Shown here: positions 22,000-34,053 of the stretch, one piece after another
Layout of the letters: each line of letters begins with the position of its first letter
How positions within the stretch are numbered: the first letter of the stretch is position 1
From: Chiloscyllium plagiosum
Lineage: Eukaryota
DNA length: 34,053 bases
Assembly: GCF_004010195.1 (NCBI RefSeq)
Contig: NC_057711.1
Coordinates: 12,716,334-12,750,386 of the forward strand
Direction of reading: 5' to 3'
Notes under the pieces: generated by a model
What the model was told of the DNA's origin: nothing
What the model saw: only the letters and a program-made list of their open reading frames with translations
Database searches by the model: none
Position numbers and translations under genes: made by a program

Positions 22000-22295
22000 A
22001 TGGTGGCTCAATGGTTAGCACTGCTGCCTCTGGGTACCAGGGAACTGGGTGTGATCCCAGCCTTGGGTGATTGTCTGTGTGGAGCTTGCATGTTCTCCCT
22101 GTGTCTGCATGGGTCCAAACATGTACAGGTTATGGTGGATTGGCCTTGCTAGATTGTCCATTGTATTCAGGGATATGTAGGTTAGGTGCAGTAGTCAGGG
22201 GTAAACACAGGGGAATGGCTCTGGGTGGGTTACTCTTCGAAGGGTTGGTGTGGACTTGTTGGGTTGAAGGGCCTGTTCCATACTGTAAGGATTCT
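22000..22295 (+). mobile_element. HE1-type SINE
   Basis: tggtggctcaatggttagcactgctgcctc..tgtctgtgtggagcttgcatgttctccc..gaagggcctgttcc. Confidence 0.8.
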
Positions 22296-22523
22296 GTGTC
22301 TGGACACTTTAATTCGATGAAACAATAACTGTCAGATAGTGAGTTTCAGGCTGTTTTTCATTTGTCCCCTAAATCTCTTGGGGAGGTCTGAAAAACCCAA
22401 ATTTTGATCCTGTGCTGGGTGGAAGTCACTGTACAGACTAGGTGGGGCAGCCCCACTGGGTTTTCCCCAAACAGGGAGTCTCTGTTTGAGAGAACTGACA
22501 CCACAGGCCATCCCTTCATCTCC

Positions 22524-22665
22524 TAGGCAAAAGTGAGGACTGCAGATGCTGGATATCAGCATCTAGATTCCTGATGAAGGACTTTTGCCCGAAACGTCGA
22601 CTTTCCTGCTCCGCATGCTGCCTGACCTGCTGTGCTTTTCCAGCACCACTCTAATCTAGACTAGG
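22524..22665. mobile_element. Penelope-associated short element with hammerhead core (same family as 7465-7687)
   Basis: aggcaaaagtgaggactgcagatgctgga end, CTGATGA..GAAACGTC at 22571-22598, 14-bp flanking duplication atcccttcatctcc at 22510-22523 and 22666-22679. Confidence 0.75.
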
Positions 22666-23307
22666 ATCCCTTCATCTCCCTCGGGTCTGTTCAATCCCAG
22701 GACTCCTGGTCGATCTTTAACGGTCCTGAATTTGTACATAACCAGACCGTTTTTTAGCTTCACATCGTTACTTTGTGTTTAAGTGGTCAATCGATGCAGA
22801 GGATCCAAGCTTTACAAGGCAAAGGTACCTCCCAAGAGTTGAACGGGCTGATGATTTCATTCATCGAATTGTTTCATGACCCATTTCTCAGGTCTTTGGC
22901 CAGAGACCCAGGCTGTTGGATTGAGGTGCCTCAACAATCACTGTATTGTTTCTCCTCAATCCTCAGCCAATTCCTCCTGCATCTGTTTCATCTGTAACTG
23001 AAACTGAGTTATAAGTGGCGACATAGCAAGGTAGATGCTGGAAATGTTTGATTTGATTTGATTTGAGTAATGATTGTCACATGTACCTAGGCATCGTGAA
23101 AAGTTTTGTTTGCAGTTCAGGCAGATCATACCATACAAAGTGCATGAGGGTAATAGAACTGAGCGAGGAATACAATGTTAGGGCTGCAGACAAGGTGCAC
23201 AAAGAGTGAGATTAACATTAAATTTGGAATTTGAGGGGTCCATTCAGAAGTCTAATAACAGCAGCAAAGAACCTTTACTTGAACCTATTGGTCCATTTGT
23301 TTAAGCT

Positions 23308-23422
23308 AGGAGAAAGTGAGGACTGCAGATCAGAGTCAAAAAGTGTGGTGCTGGAAAAGGACAGACAGGATCTGAGGAGCAGGAGAGTCGATGTTTCAAG
23401 CATAAGCTCTTCATCAGGAATG
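23308..23422. mobile_element. Penelope-associated short element, single arm (same family)
   Basis: aggagaaagtgaggactgcagat..tcttcatcaggaa, 12-bp flanking duplication tttgtttaagct at 23296-23307 and 23423-23434. Confidence 0.75.
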
Positions 23423-25894
23423 TTTGTTTAAGCTGTTGTATCTCCAAATAAATCCTATATTTGCCAGTAGGGGAACAGAAGTGAGGTGTGACTTGAACAC
23501 TGAGGAAACCGAAAACCTCCAAATCCATTTGAACTTCGTGTTGAGATCCTGTTTTCTTTGGAGCTAGGGTTTAATGCTGCAATGACTGAAGATTTATGTT
23601 TAGAGTGCATGGATATGTTCTAGAGGGTAGGAAGATCTATGAAACTTTCAAATGTAAACATTTGAGAGGGAAACAGCCTGCGTGTGCCTAAAAATACAAA
23701 ACACTGTTTGCAATGGATGTTTGTCGGTATAATCCTAACCCTAAGGTTCAAGGAGGCAGATCTCCACCAGCATCTCCAGGGAAACGGAGGACAGACAATA
23801 AATGTTGTCTCAGCCAGTGACGCTCACATCCCGTGAGTGATTATCAAAATGAGAAGCACTTCTCAAACCTGTGCCGATTGGCTCATTTACAGATGGAGGC
23901 CCCCTCCTGATTGGCTGTTTTCAGCTGGACCATCCAATCAGGAGTGCTGGGCAATGCCATCATGCTGTTGGGCCAATCAGAGGGCTGTCCCTCTGGAAAA
24001 CTCGGCAGTCTGGACAGGAGGGGTGAGTGGTGCTGAGGTGGGGTGGGGGAGAGCCTGGGGGAGGGGAGGGTTGAGGTGGTGTGGGTGTAGAGCAGTGGTT
24101 GTAGGGGGTTTGTTGGTGTTGGAGGTGCAGGGGATGGTAGGGTGGTGGGGTGGCGCAGTGTTTGGGGGAAGTATTGGCGGGATGGAGGGGTGTGGGGAGT
24201 TCTGAGGGAGGTGAGGGTGTGGATCACCCAGTGACCGGTGAAATTCTGGAAGGCCAAGGATGGTAAAGCTCAGCGATGAATGGTAGCATGCTGTTGGAGG
24301 GGTTGGAGTGAATTCTTTCAAAGAGGAATTGCAAGGCAGCAGACTCCCCTCCCAACCTCTCCCTCGGGTCTAAGGGTGGGGCCCTGGCCCGCCACATGGA
24401 AGCTGTGGTCATACCTTGGGCCGAGTGGGAGGGGCCACATATTGGCAAAAGCCAGCAGCCTGTACAATGGGCTGGTGAGTTTTGGAAATCCTGAGAGGCA
24501 GGCAGCCATTCCTGCTTCACCACTGACCCTGGAGCTTCGCGGAAAGTAGGGCAGTGACAGCTAATTCCCTGGAATACTGCAGCTATTGTTACTCCCACTG
24601 AGCCGGACTGGGAAAAGATTCAGAGCAGTGCTTCAGCTGGGTGAGGTGTTCTGGATTTTGGAATTGTTGAACCCTTTGATATTTTCGGACCTAAGGACTT
24701 TCTCTAATCCCCGCGTGAAAACATTTAACGTCTTAGTCTCAACCGCTTTCTGTGGCAGAGATTTCCACAGGCTCCCCACTCTCTAGGTGAAGACAGTTCT
24801 CTTCATCTCAGTCCTAAATGGCCTATACTGTATTCTTAGACTGTGACCCATGACTCTGCACTCCCTAGTACAGGGAACATTCTGCATTTACCCCGTTTAA
24901 TCTTGTTAGAATTTTACAGATTTCCCTCATCTTGCTAATGCCAGGGAAATTGATTCAATAGAGATCAAAACCTTCCCGTAAGATCTCAGGAAACTTTATC
25001 ACAGGCATCCTTATAGACAGGAATAATAACACTCAAAAAATGGAATGCTAACAAAGAGATTATTTCTACATTCCTATCATATTTAATTCTGATCTCAATG
25101 TGCAATGATATATTTGTGTGATCACTAAGGCCACCTATTTCCAACTGCATAACACCATCTGATTCTATCCCCTTCGTTGCTCAGAGCTTTTTCAATTAGT
25201 GACAAACTGAAATAAAGCACCTGACTGGGTGCTTGGAGACAGGAGATGGGTGCAGTTCTCATCAGGCAGCTTAATTCACGTGATAGAGGGAGAGGTGGGG
25301 TTGATGCAAGGTCAGGAAAATTGGCAGAAGATCATGGGAAGAGTTCCCCGTGTCTTTGGATAGCGGGCAAAAGGTTGCTACCACCGGATAGAGAGAGGTC
25401 GACTCTCACTCTACACCATCCAGAATCAATAAAGCATTTGTCATATGTGTTCTACAATGCCAACCAGTACCAGGCTGGCATAGATGGCTGCCACCATCCT
25501 CTTGACTGGGTCCACGAACCAACTTGGTTTCCAATGATGGAGGGAAAGTGTTCGAAAGACTCAATGAAAGCACGCTCTTATCTTCAACAGGATATTGTTT
25601 ATTGCAGGATAACAAACAGGTGCAAGTCATATTAATAAATTCTACATTGTTCTTTTCTCATTTTTAAACAATTACACATTGTTACTAGGTCTACGAAGAA
25701 TGGCTTAGCAAGCTACTCAGATTCCGAGGGGAAAGTTAGTAAATGCTAGCTGAGCCAGTGACACCCACATCCCCAGAATGAATATTTAAAAATATCAGAA
25801 TGAGACCCATTAGCCATCAAGTTAAAAGAATTTCTTCACTCAAAATCCATTGAAGTCGAGAAATCGGTTCCGTAATAAAAGCAGACGATGGTGG

Positions 25895-26831
25895 TGTTGA
25901 GATTACATGTCTATATTTCTGGATTATATGAAGAGCTGAAAGATAATGAACTGATTGGACACTTTCAGCACTGCAAGGTATTTTGTTTTAAACCAAGGAT
26001 TTGAGGGGAACACGTGCGTGTTTTGGAAATGAGTTCAACATTTTAATCTGGGCTGTGTTCCCTGGCCAATTACAGAAAGTGACTTTGGAAAAGTAGCTTT
26101 TAGGGAGATAAGAGATCGGGTTTATTTCCCTTAATTGCTAGAACATCTAGCTTTGGAAGAGAGTATGGATGCTAAAATGCTGATGGTTGCTTATCAACAG
26201 TTTCTGCTCTTGCCTAGGGCTAAGAAAAGCTCCGTAAAGCATCAGTAAGACTGCAAGGTTACTTAGTTTAAGTACTTGGGAATGTGTTAAAGATTCCACA
26301 CCTCAATATTCCAACTCTCTTGTAAAGCCTTAAAAGCTGAACCGTCACCACTGTCCAATATTCAAAGACTGGGATACAGCATGATTTCCATCCAAACTTC
26401 CATCAGTTTGATTTCATCAACAGTAGAGGGTGATATTTGGTTAAATTCTCCATTTTGATTTTCAGGACTTTGTCCAATAAGACTGATTTTCTTTTGCCCT
26501 TTCAAAGTATCATATCTGTAGAGTCTTTAGTGTCCTTTGTGCTGTGTGAGAGTTTCTTTAAGATTGAAAGGGGATACAGTTTTATAGATTTATGACACAG
26601 CTCTCTGGATTGTATCTTAGATGTTAACATGTCTTATCACTTGTTTTAGGAATGAGTTTTATTTTATATCAAATTGAATATTTTGTGTTCATTAAAGAAG
26701 TTGAATGATTGTCTCTTTTACTTTGGAAGTACAATTGGCTGCGTTGGTGACTGAATCAACACATTGCTACAAACACTGTGACTTATGGAGTAGTGGATTA
26801 GCAGTGCATTCCTCCCATCGCATTCATGGCA
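25895..26831 (+). mobile_element. Possible old solo LTR
   Basis: AT-rich non-coding block with TG../..CA candidate ends and ATTAAA near 26691. No target-site duplication found, so boundaries are uncertain. Confidence 0.3.
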
Positions 26832-27277
26832 CTAGCACAATTAATAACTTCACACCAGAATTTGATAGAAAACTTTCTGGGCAGAGAGTGAGGAGATATA
26901 AATCCAAGGTGATTGTGGGAATTAGCAGCCAAATCAGTGACAGTCATATTGACTGCTGGACCAGCTTTGAAGGACTGAATTCCTGCTCCCCTTCAGGTAT
27001 TCCATTTTGATACTGACCTCCCGTGAGTTTGCCAACACACATTTCGCCCCTCTATCAATGACATCTGAATATCTTCCTTTTTTGTACATTCACTGTGTGT
27101 GGGCATCACTGGCTGGGCCAGCATTTATTAACTGTCCCTAGCTGCCCTTGTGAAGGTGGTGGTGAGCTGCCTTCTTGAACCGCTGCAGTCCATGTGCTGT
27201 GGGTAGATCCACAATGCCCTTAGGGAGGGAGTTCCCGGATTTTGACCCAGCGATAGTGAAGGAACAGTGATATATCA

Positions 27278-27600
27278 GGATGGCACAGTGGGTCGGTATT
27301 TAGCATTGCTGCCTCACAGGGCTGCAGATTCGAGTCCAGCCTTGAGTAACTGGACAGTAGAGGGTGATATTTGGTTAAATTCTCCATTTTGATTTTCAGG
27401 ACTTTGTTTGCACATTCTCCACGGTGTCTGCCTGGTTTTGCTGAGCTTCCTCCCACAGTCCAAAGACATGCAGGTTAGATGGATTGGCCATAGGAAATAC
27501 AGGGTTGTGGGAAATAGAGTGGAGTGTTCTTCAGAGGGTCAGTGCTGGGCCTATGGGCTGAATGACCTCTTCCCACACCATAGGGAGTCTATAATTCTAT
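27278..27600 (+). mobile_element. HE1-type SINE carrying a 54-bp locally copied insert
   Basis: A/B-box remnants and V-domain ttgcacattctcc..cctcccacagtccaaagac, with insert at 27354-27407. Confidence 0.75.
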
Positions 27601-27719
27601 ATTTCCAAGTCAGGATGGTGAGTGGCTTGGAAATGGTTGTGTTCTGTTGCTGCCTTTGTTCTTCTTGGTTCTAGTGGGTTTGAAATGTGATGTAAAAGGT
27701 AATACAGAATAAACGGGAA

Positions 27720-28400
27720 TATACTGAGAGGGGTTAATGAAGTGAGAGATCTTGGTGTATAAGTGCATAGGTACTAAAGGGAGCAGTACAGGTAGATAAG
27801 GTTTTAGAGAAGGCAAATGGAATGCTCTCCTTTGGCAGAGGTATAGTATACAAAGGAAGTGATGTAATGATGAAACTGTACAAGACACTGGTGAGGCCCA
27901 ACTGGAGTATTGTGTACAAATCTGGTCACCGCATTAAGGAAGGGTGTCATTGCTCTGGAGAGAGTGCAGAGAAGATTTAACAGAATGTTGCCAGGGCTGG
28001 AGAGCTGTACGTCTGAGGAGAGATTAGAGAGATTGGGGTTGTTTTCCTTGGAACAGAGAGGGGTGACATGATTGAGGTCTACAGAACTGTGAGGGGTAGT
28101 GGTAGACTAGACAGGGGGGACCTGTTTCCCTTGACAGAGTTCAAAACCCGGGGTCACAGATTCAAACTAAGGGGCAGAAGCATTAGAGGGGACATGAGGA
28201 AGATGCAGAGGGTGGAGGCTGTCTGGAATTCACTGCTTGAGCTGCTGGTGGAGGTAGAGACTCTGAACTGTTTTAAAAAGCACCTGGATCTGCACTGGAA
28301 GTGCTGTAAACTGCAGGGTATGGGCTGTGTGCAGGGCGATGGGATTAGAAAGAGTCAGCATGGGCAAAATGGGTTGAAGGTTCCCCTTCTATGCAATACC
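27720..28400 (+). mobile_element. CR1 3' fragment
   Basis: LVRPQLEYCVQ-type sequence, IEVY, TRGHRFKL, WNSL. Confidence 0.8.
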
Positions 28401-28599
28401 ATGTCAATGTTTCTAAATGAATACAGACTAGCACTGATTTGCCTCTGTACCATCTGGCCCATTCTCCAGCAATTCTGAATAAAAACAATCTTTGGTGGGA
28501 TGTGAGTGTCACTGACAAAGCTAGAACACAAATAAGGAACAAGAATAGGCCATTTGGCCCTTCCAACCTGTTCTGCCATTCAATAAGATCATCGTTTTT

Positions 28600-29585
28600 A
28601 GTTTAGATTCCCAACAGTGTGGGAACAGGCCAGTTGGCCCAGCAAGTTCACACCGACCCTCCAAAGAGTAACCCACCCCAGCAAGTTCACACCGACCCTC
28701 CAAAGAGTAACCCACCCAGACCCATTTCCCTCTGACTAATTCGCCTAACACTATGAGCAATTTAGCATGGCCAATTCACCTAAGCTGCACATAGTCATAG
28801 AGTCAAAGTTCGGTCCAACCCATCCATGCTGACCAGATATCCCAACCCAATCTCGTCCCACCTGCCAGCACCCAGTCCAATCCCTCCAAACCCTTTCTAT
28901 TCATATACCCATCCAAATGCCTCTTAAATGTTGCAATTGTACCAGCCTCCATCACGTCCTCTGGCAGCTCATTCCATACATTTGTACCACCCTCTGAGTG
29001 AAAACATTGCCCCTTAGGCCTCTTTTATATCTTTTCCCTTTCACCCTAAACCTATGCCCTCTAGTTCTGGACTCCCCGACCCCAGGGAAAAGACTTTGTA
29101 TATTTATCCTATCCATGCCCCTCATAATTTTGTAAACCTCTAAAACGTCACCCCTCAGCCTCCGACGCTCCAGGGAAAACAGCCCCAGCCTGTTCAGCCT
29201 CTCCCTGTAGCTCAAATCCTCCAACCCTGGCAACATCCTTGTAAATATTTTCTGAACCCTTTCAAGTTTCACAACATCTTTCCAATAGGAAGGAGACCAG
29301 AATTGCACGTAATATTCCAAAACTGGCCTAACCAATGTCCTTTACAGCCGCAACATGACCTCTCAACACCTGTACTCAATACTCTGACCAATAAAGGAAA
29401 GCATACCAAATGCCTTCTTCACTATCCTATCTACCTGCAACTTCACTTTCAAGGAGCTATGAACCTGCACTGCAAGGTCTCTCCCCGCAGACACGGGAGA
29501 GTGTGCAAACTCCACAAGGTTGGAATCGAACCCAGGTCCCTGGTGCTGTGAGGCAGCAGTGCTAACCACTGAGCCACCATGCTGC
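28600..29585 (-). mobile_element. HE1-type SINE split by a CR1 3' fragment (about 28791-29480)
   Basis: SINE 3' half 28600-28790 and 5' half 29480-29585 flank CR1 ORF VRPVLEYYVQFWSP..LGLFSLERRRLRGD. The SINE 3' half has a 39-bp tandem duplication at 28638-28715. Confidence 0.82.
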
Positions 29586-29599
29586 TTATTAATAATCCG

Positions 29600-30150
29600 A
29601 TTTTAACCACAACTCTGCATCCCTGCATAATCCCCGATAATCTTTCATCCCCTTGGTCATCATTAATCTATCTACCTCAAAAAGACTTAAAGAGCCTGCA
29701 ATCCGCTGCCTTTTGAGGAAGGGAATTCTTTGTGAGGATCCTCTGTGAGAAAATAAAATTGTTTTCTCATCTCTGTTTTAAATAGGTGTCCCTTATTTTT
29801 AACCTAGGACCCCCAGTTCTGGATTGTCCCCCAAAAGGAAACATCCTTTCAACATCCACCCAGTCAAGTTCCCCTCAGGGTCTTGTATGTTTCAATTAAG
29901 TCACCTCTGACTCTTCTAAACTCCAGAGGATACAGGCCCGGCCTATCTAGTCTTCCCTCATTAGGCAATCCACACAGTCCAGGTGTTTGGCTAGTAAACC
30001 CTGAGCTGTTTCCAGCACATTAACATTGTAATGTAACTGCAGGGATGGGTACTGTACCCAAGTGCCCTGTGTAGCTGAAATGTAAGCTCCCTACTGTTCC
30101 ATTCAATTCCCCCTCAATAAAATGTGATGTTCTATTAACTCTCCTGATCA
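29600..30150 (-). mobile_element. Old CR1 3' fragment
   Basis: ctcatctctgttttaaat..ggaaacatcctttc..tcacctctgactcttctaaactcca, also similar to 214-350. Confidence 0.65.
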
Positions 30151-30357
30151 CTTGTTCCCATCCCTAAATGCCCCTGAACTGAATGCTTACTCAGTCATTT
30201 CAGAGTGCAGTTAAAAGCCAACCACATTATTGTGGGTCTTGAGTCACATGGAGACCACACCAGGGAAGGGTGGCAGATTTCCTTCACTAAAGGCCATTAG
30301 TGAACCAGGTGGGTTTTGAACGACAGTCGGTGCTAGTCCCGCTGTCAATATTACTAA

Positions 30358-31236
30358 GATGTGGAGGTGCCGGTGTTGGACTGGGGTGGACAAAGTTAAA
30401 AATCACACAACACCAGGTTATAGTCTAACAGTGCAGTAGGAATTTATAAAATGTCACATGGATTATAAAACATATAGACTGCCTACAGATTGTGTGCTTT
30501 TTGAACAAAATAGAATGTATCTGCAAATACAATTCTCCAAATGCAAATTTACCCCATAGACTTATATGTGTGTGTGCGTGCATGTTAGGGAGACCGTGTA
30601 TGTGTGTGTGAGTGCATGCATGTGAGGGAGACCGTGTGTGTGTGTGTGAGTGCGTGCATGTGAGGGAGACCGTGTGCGTGTGTGTGTGCGTGCATGTGAG
30701 GGAGACCGCGTGTGTGTGTGNNNNNNNNNNNNNNNNNNNNNNNNNNNNNNNNNNNNNNNNNNNNNNNNNNNNNNNNNNNNNNNNNNNNNNNNNNNNNNNN
30801 NNNNNNNNNNNNNNNNNNNNNNNNNNNNNNNNNNNNNNNNNNNNNNNNNNNNNNNNNNNNNNNNNNNNNNNNNNNNNGAGAGAAAGAAGATTGGAGAACA
30901 TATACACTCTAACCTCACAATTTCAATGCATTGTTTGAACAGAGATGTCACCATTTTTTTGTAAAACCTTAAGTTATCTTGCGAATGTGACTTGAAAGAA
31001 GTTCTGGGATTTACATATTAATGAACTGAAATCTGCAAACCATTCTAAAAGATGAAAGACTTAACACCAATCTAGGCTTGTTCAATACAATGCATCAGTG
31101 TTTGACACTATGATCGTTTGCTATAAATTCTGTGTCCTATGATCCTGCTCCACTAGCTACCTGACCAAGGAGCAACGCTCTGAAAGCTTGTATTTCCAAA
31201 TAAATTTGTTGAACTATAACCTGGTGTTGTGTGATT
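30358..31236. mobile_element. Penelope-associated element with inverted ends and internal TG-rich minisatellite
   Basis: aatcacacaacaccaggttatagtctaaca (30401-30430) is inverted at 31207-31236. Degenerate hammerhead ctgaccaaggagcaacgctctgaaag near 31161. Related to 1680-1781. Confidence 0.65.
30568..30720. repeat. About 34-38-bp gcatgtgagggagacc(gt)n minisatellite running into a gap
   Basis: Four visible units of gcatgt(g/t)agggagaccg followed by TG runs. Confidence 0.85.
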
Positions 31237-32071
31237 ACTAAGACTCACCTTATGTTACAGAATTCTAACTAATTGGTGTGAAATTCCATCAGCTGTTTTG
31301 GTGGGATTTGAAACTGTGTCCCAGGTTATTAACTGGGACCTCAGACACCAAGCTAATGGACCCCCACCAATACACCACACAGCCAGTGAGAATCAAACTG
31401 TCTCAAAACTCTGGACTGAGATTGTAACTATCCCACAGCCTCAGTCATGGGTCAGGTTCCAGGTGAAGGCTGTGTCTTTGGTCATCTTTCTGTCAATTTG
31501 GGTTGGACCTCATCATGGGAGATAGCAGCAGGAAGCTGTTGTCTTCCACAGACTGTGCTGCTTTAGCGAGACATTGGTGTAAGCATATGGCGTATCAACA
31601 CTGACAACTCTGTGCTCCCGCGGCCCACATGAAAGATATCCGTGTTGGTTTTCACCAAAAAAAAGGAACGGCACTATAAGTTGCCCTTAAAGGGGTTTGT
31701 GTTGAAGGAGGTGCTGCATTTCCTAGTGCATGCAGGGTTGCCATGCCAACGATCATGGCGTTGTGTGTCTTGGTGCTCCAGGAGTTACAACACACAGGTC
31801 AGAAGACTGCATTGTGCAGAGTGTAATTGGAGACAAGCCTGTCAAGACTTCAGGCTGACCGTGAACAGCGACGCTGTTGTAAATGGATGTCGCCTTCAGC
31901 TGGCAGGCAAGGAAGACAGAGAGGGTCAGTCATTCAAATAAACATGAGCTGTGTAGGATATGAAAATAGCTGTCGACATTAAACTGGGAACGGGAATTAG
32001 ACAGTCAGCTGCTGAACCTTCTCCTGTTCAATTCAAATTCAGTTCAAGTCCACGGAGCTGCTTCTTGCTCC

Positions 32072-34053
32072 TTAACCCTCTGTCTCCTCATACTCCCTCA
32101 CTCACTCTCTGTCTCCTCATACTCCCTCACTCACTCTCTTCTCCTCATACTTCCTCAGTCACCCTCGGTCTCCTCATACCCCCTGTCAGCCTCTGTCTCC
32201 TCATGCTTCCTCAGTCACCCTCTGTCTCCTCATACTTCCTCAGTCACCCTCGGTCTCCTCATACCCCCTGTCAGCCTCTGTCTCCTCATGCTTCCTCAGT
32301 CACCCTCTGTCTCCTCATACTTCCTCAGTCACCCTCGGTCTCCTCATACCCCCTGTCAGCCTCTGTCTCCTCATGCTTCCTCAGTCACCCTCTGTCTCCT
32401 CATACTTCCTCAGTCACCCTCGGTCTCCTCATACCCCCTGTCAGCCTCTGTCTCCTCATGCTTCCTCAGTCACCCTCTGTCTCCTCATACTTCCTCAGTC
32501 ACCCTCGGTCTCCTCATACCCCCTGTCAGCCTCTGTCTCCTCATGCTTCCTCAGTCACCCTCTGTCTCCTCATACTTCCTCAGTCACCCTCGGTCTCCTC
32601 ATACCCCCTGTCAGCCTCTGTCTCCTCATGCTTCCTCAGTCACCCTCTGTCTCCTCATACTTCCTCAGTCACCCTCGGTCTCCTCATACCCCCTGTCAGC
32701 CTCTGTCTCCTCATGCTTCCTCAGTCACCCTCTGTCTCCTCATACTTCCTCAGTCACCCTCGGTCTCCTCATACCCCCTGTCAGCCTCTGTCTCCTCATG
32801 CTTCCTCAGTCACCCTCTGTCTCCTCATACTTCCTCAGTCACCCTCGGTCTCCTCATACCCCCTGTCAGCCTCTGTCTCCTCATGCTTCCTCAGTCACCC
32901 TCTGTCTCCTCATACTCCCTCACTCACCCTCTGTCTCCTCATGCTTCCTCAGTCACCCTCTGTCTCCTCATACTCCCTCACTCACCCTCTGTCTCCTCAT
33001 GCTTCCTCAGTCACCCTCTGTCTCCTCATACTCCCTCACTCACCCTCTGTCTCCTCATGCTTCCTCAGTCACCCTCTGTCTCCTCATACTCCCTCACTCA
33101 CCCTCTGTCTCCTCATGCTTCCTCAGTCACCCTCTGTCTCCTCATACTCCCTCACTCACCCTCTGTCTCCTCATGCTTCCTCAGTCACCCTCTGTCTCCT
33201 CATACTCCCTCACTCACCCTCTGTCTCCTCATGCTTCCTCAGTCACCCTCTGTCTCCTCATACTCCCTCACTCACCCTCTGTCTCCTCATGCTTCCTCAG
33301 TCACCCTCTGTCTCCTCATACTCCCTCACTCACCCTCTGTCTCCTCATGCTTCCTCAGTCACCCTCTGTCTCCTCATACTCCCTCACTCACCCTCTGTCT
33401 CCTCATGCTTCCTCAGTCACCCTCTGTCTCCTCATACTCCCTCACTCACCCTCTGTCTCCTCATGCTTCCTCAGTCACCCTCTGTCTCCTCATACCCCCT
33501 GTCAGCCTCTGTCTCCTCATGCTTCCTCAGTCACCCTCTGTCTCCTCATACTCCCTCAGTCACCCTCTGTCTCCTCATACCCCCTCAGTCAGCCTCTGTC
33601 TCATACTCCCTCAGTCACCCTCTGTCTCCTCATACTCCTCAGTCACCCTCTTGTCTCCTCATACTCCCTCACTCACCCTCTGTCTCCTCATACTCCCTCA
33701 CTCACCCTCTGTCTCCTCATACTCCCTCACTCACCCTCTGTCTCCTCATACTCCCTCACTCACCCTCTGTCTCCTCATACTCCCTCACTCACCCTCTGTC
33801 TCCTCATACTCCCTCACTCACCCTCTGTCTCCTCATACTCCCTCACTCACCCTCTGTCTCCTCATACTCCCTCACTCACCCTCTGTCTCCTCATACTCCC
33901 TCACTCACCCTCTGTCTCCTCATACTCCCTCACTCACCCTCTGTCTCCTCATACTCCCTCACTCACCCTCTGTCTCCTCATACTCCCTCACTCACTCTCT
34001 GTCTCCTCATACTCCCTCACTCACCCTCTGTCTCCTCATACTCCCTCACTCAC
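32072..34053. repeat. 29-bp pyrimidine-rich minisatellite with higher-order structure
   Basis: Base unit actccctcactcaccctctgtctcctcat, with zones of 85-bp, 58-bp and 29-bp period. Continues to the window edge. Confidence 0.97.

Noticed and set aside
25246-25635. 129-aa ORF in apparently unique sequence
   Set aside because: No recognisable domain or convincing splice signals.
31642-31941. 99-aa ORF with a CxxC (HCAEC)
   Set aside because: No second zinc-ligand pair or other domain signature, and no ATG start.
32072-34053. Long stop-free plus-strand frames; also a superficial resemblance to a CRISPR array
   Set aside because: The lack of stops follows from repeat composition. Units are contiguous with no unique spacers, and the context is eukaryotic.

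Overview
Repeat-rich vertebrate genomic DNA with three N-gaps. The repeat inventory (HE1-type V-SINEs, CR1 LINEs, Penelope/GIY-YIG elements, DeuSINE-like remnant) points to a cartilaginous fish, probably a shark. One host gene can be reconstructed on the minus strand, a Siglec-15-like type I membrane Ig receptor: signal-peptide exon 21206-21155, V-set exon 11477-11076, C2-set+transmembrane exon 5051-4668 and a 31-bp cytoplasmic micro-exon 595-565, all with GT-AG sites and compatible phases. The last exon is either 406-385 or lies left of the window. The protein keeps the sialic-acid-binding Arg (YFCRVE) but has Ser where Siglec-15 has its DAP12-binding transmembrane Lys. Directly upstream is a compact NF-kB/IRF/ETS motif cluster. 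The rest is decayed, often nested transposable elements, including Penelope-associated elements with minimal hammerhead-ribozyme cores, plus a 2-kb minisatellite with layered higher-order structure. Nearly all other ORFs in the track are TE fragments or noise. Family names for repeats and comparisons to human SIGLEC15 are from recall, not from a database search.
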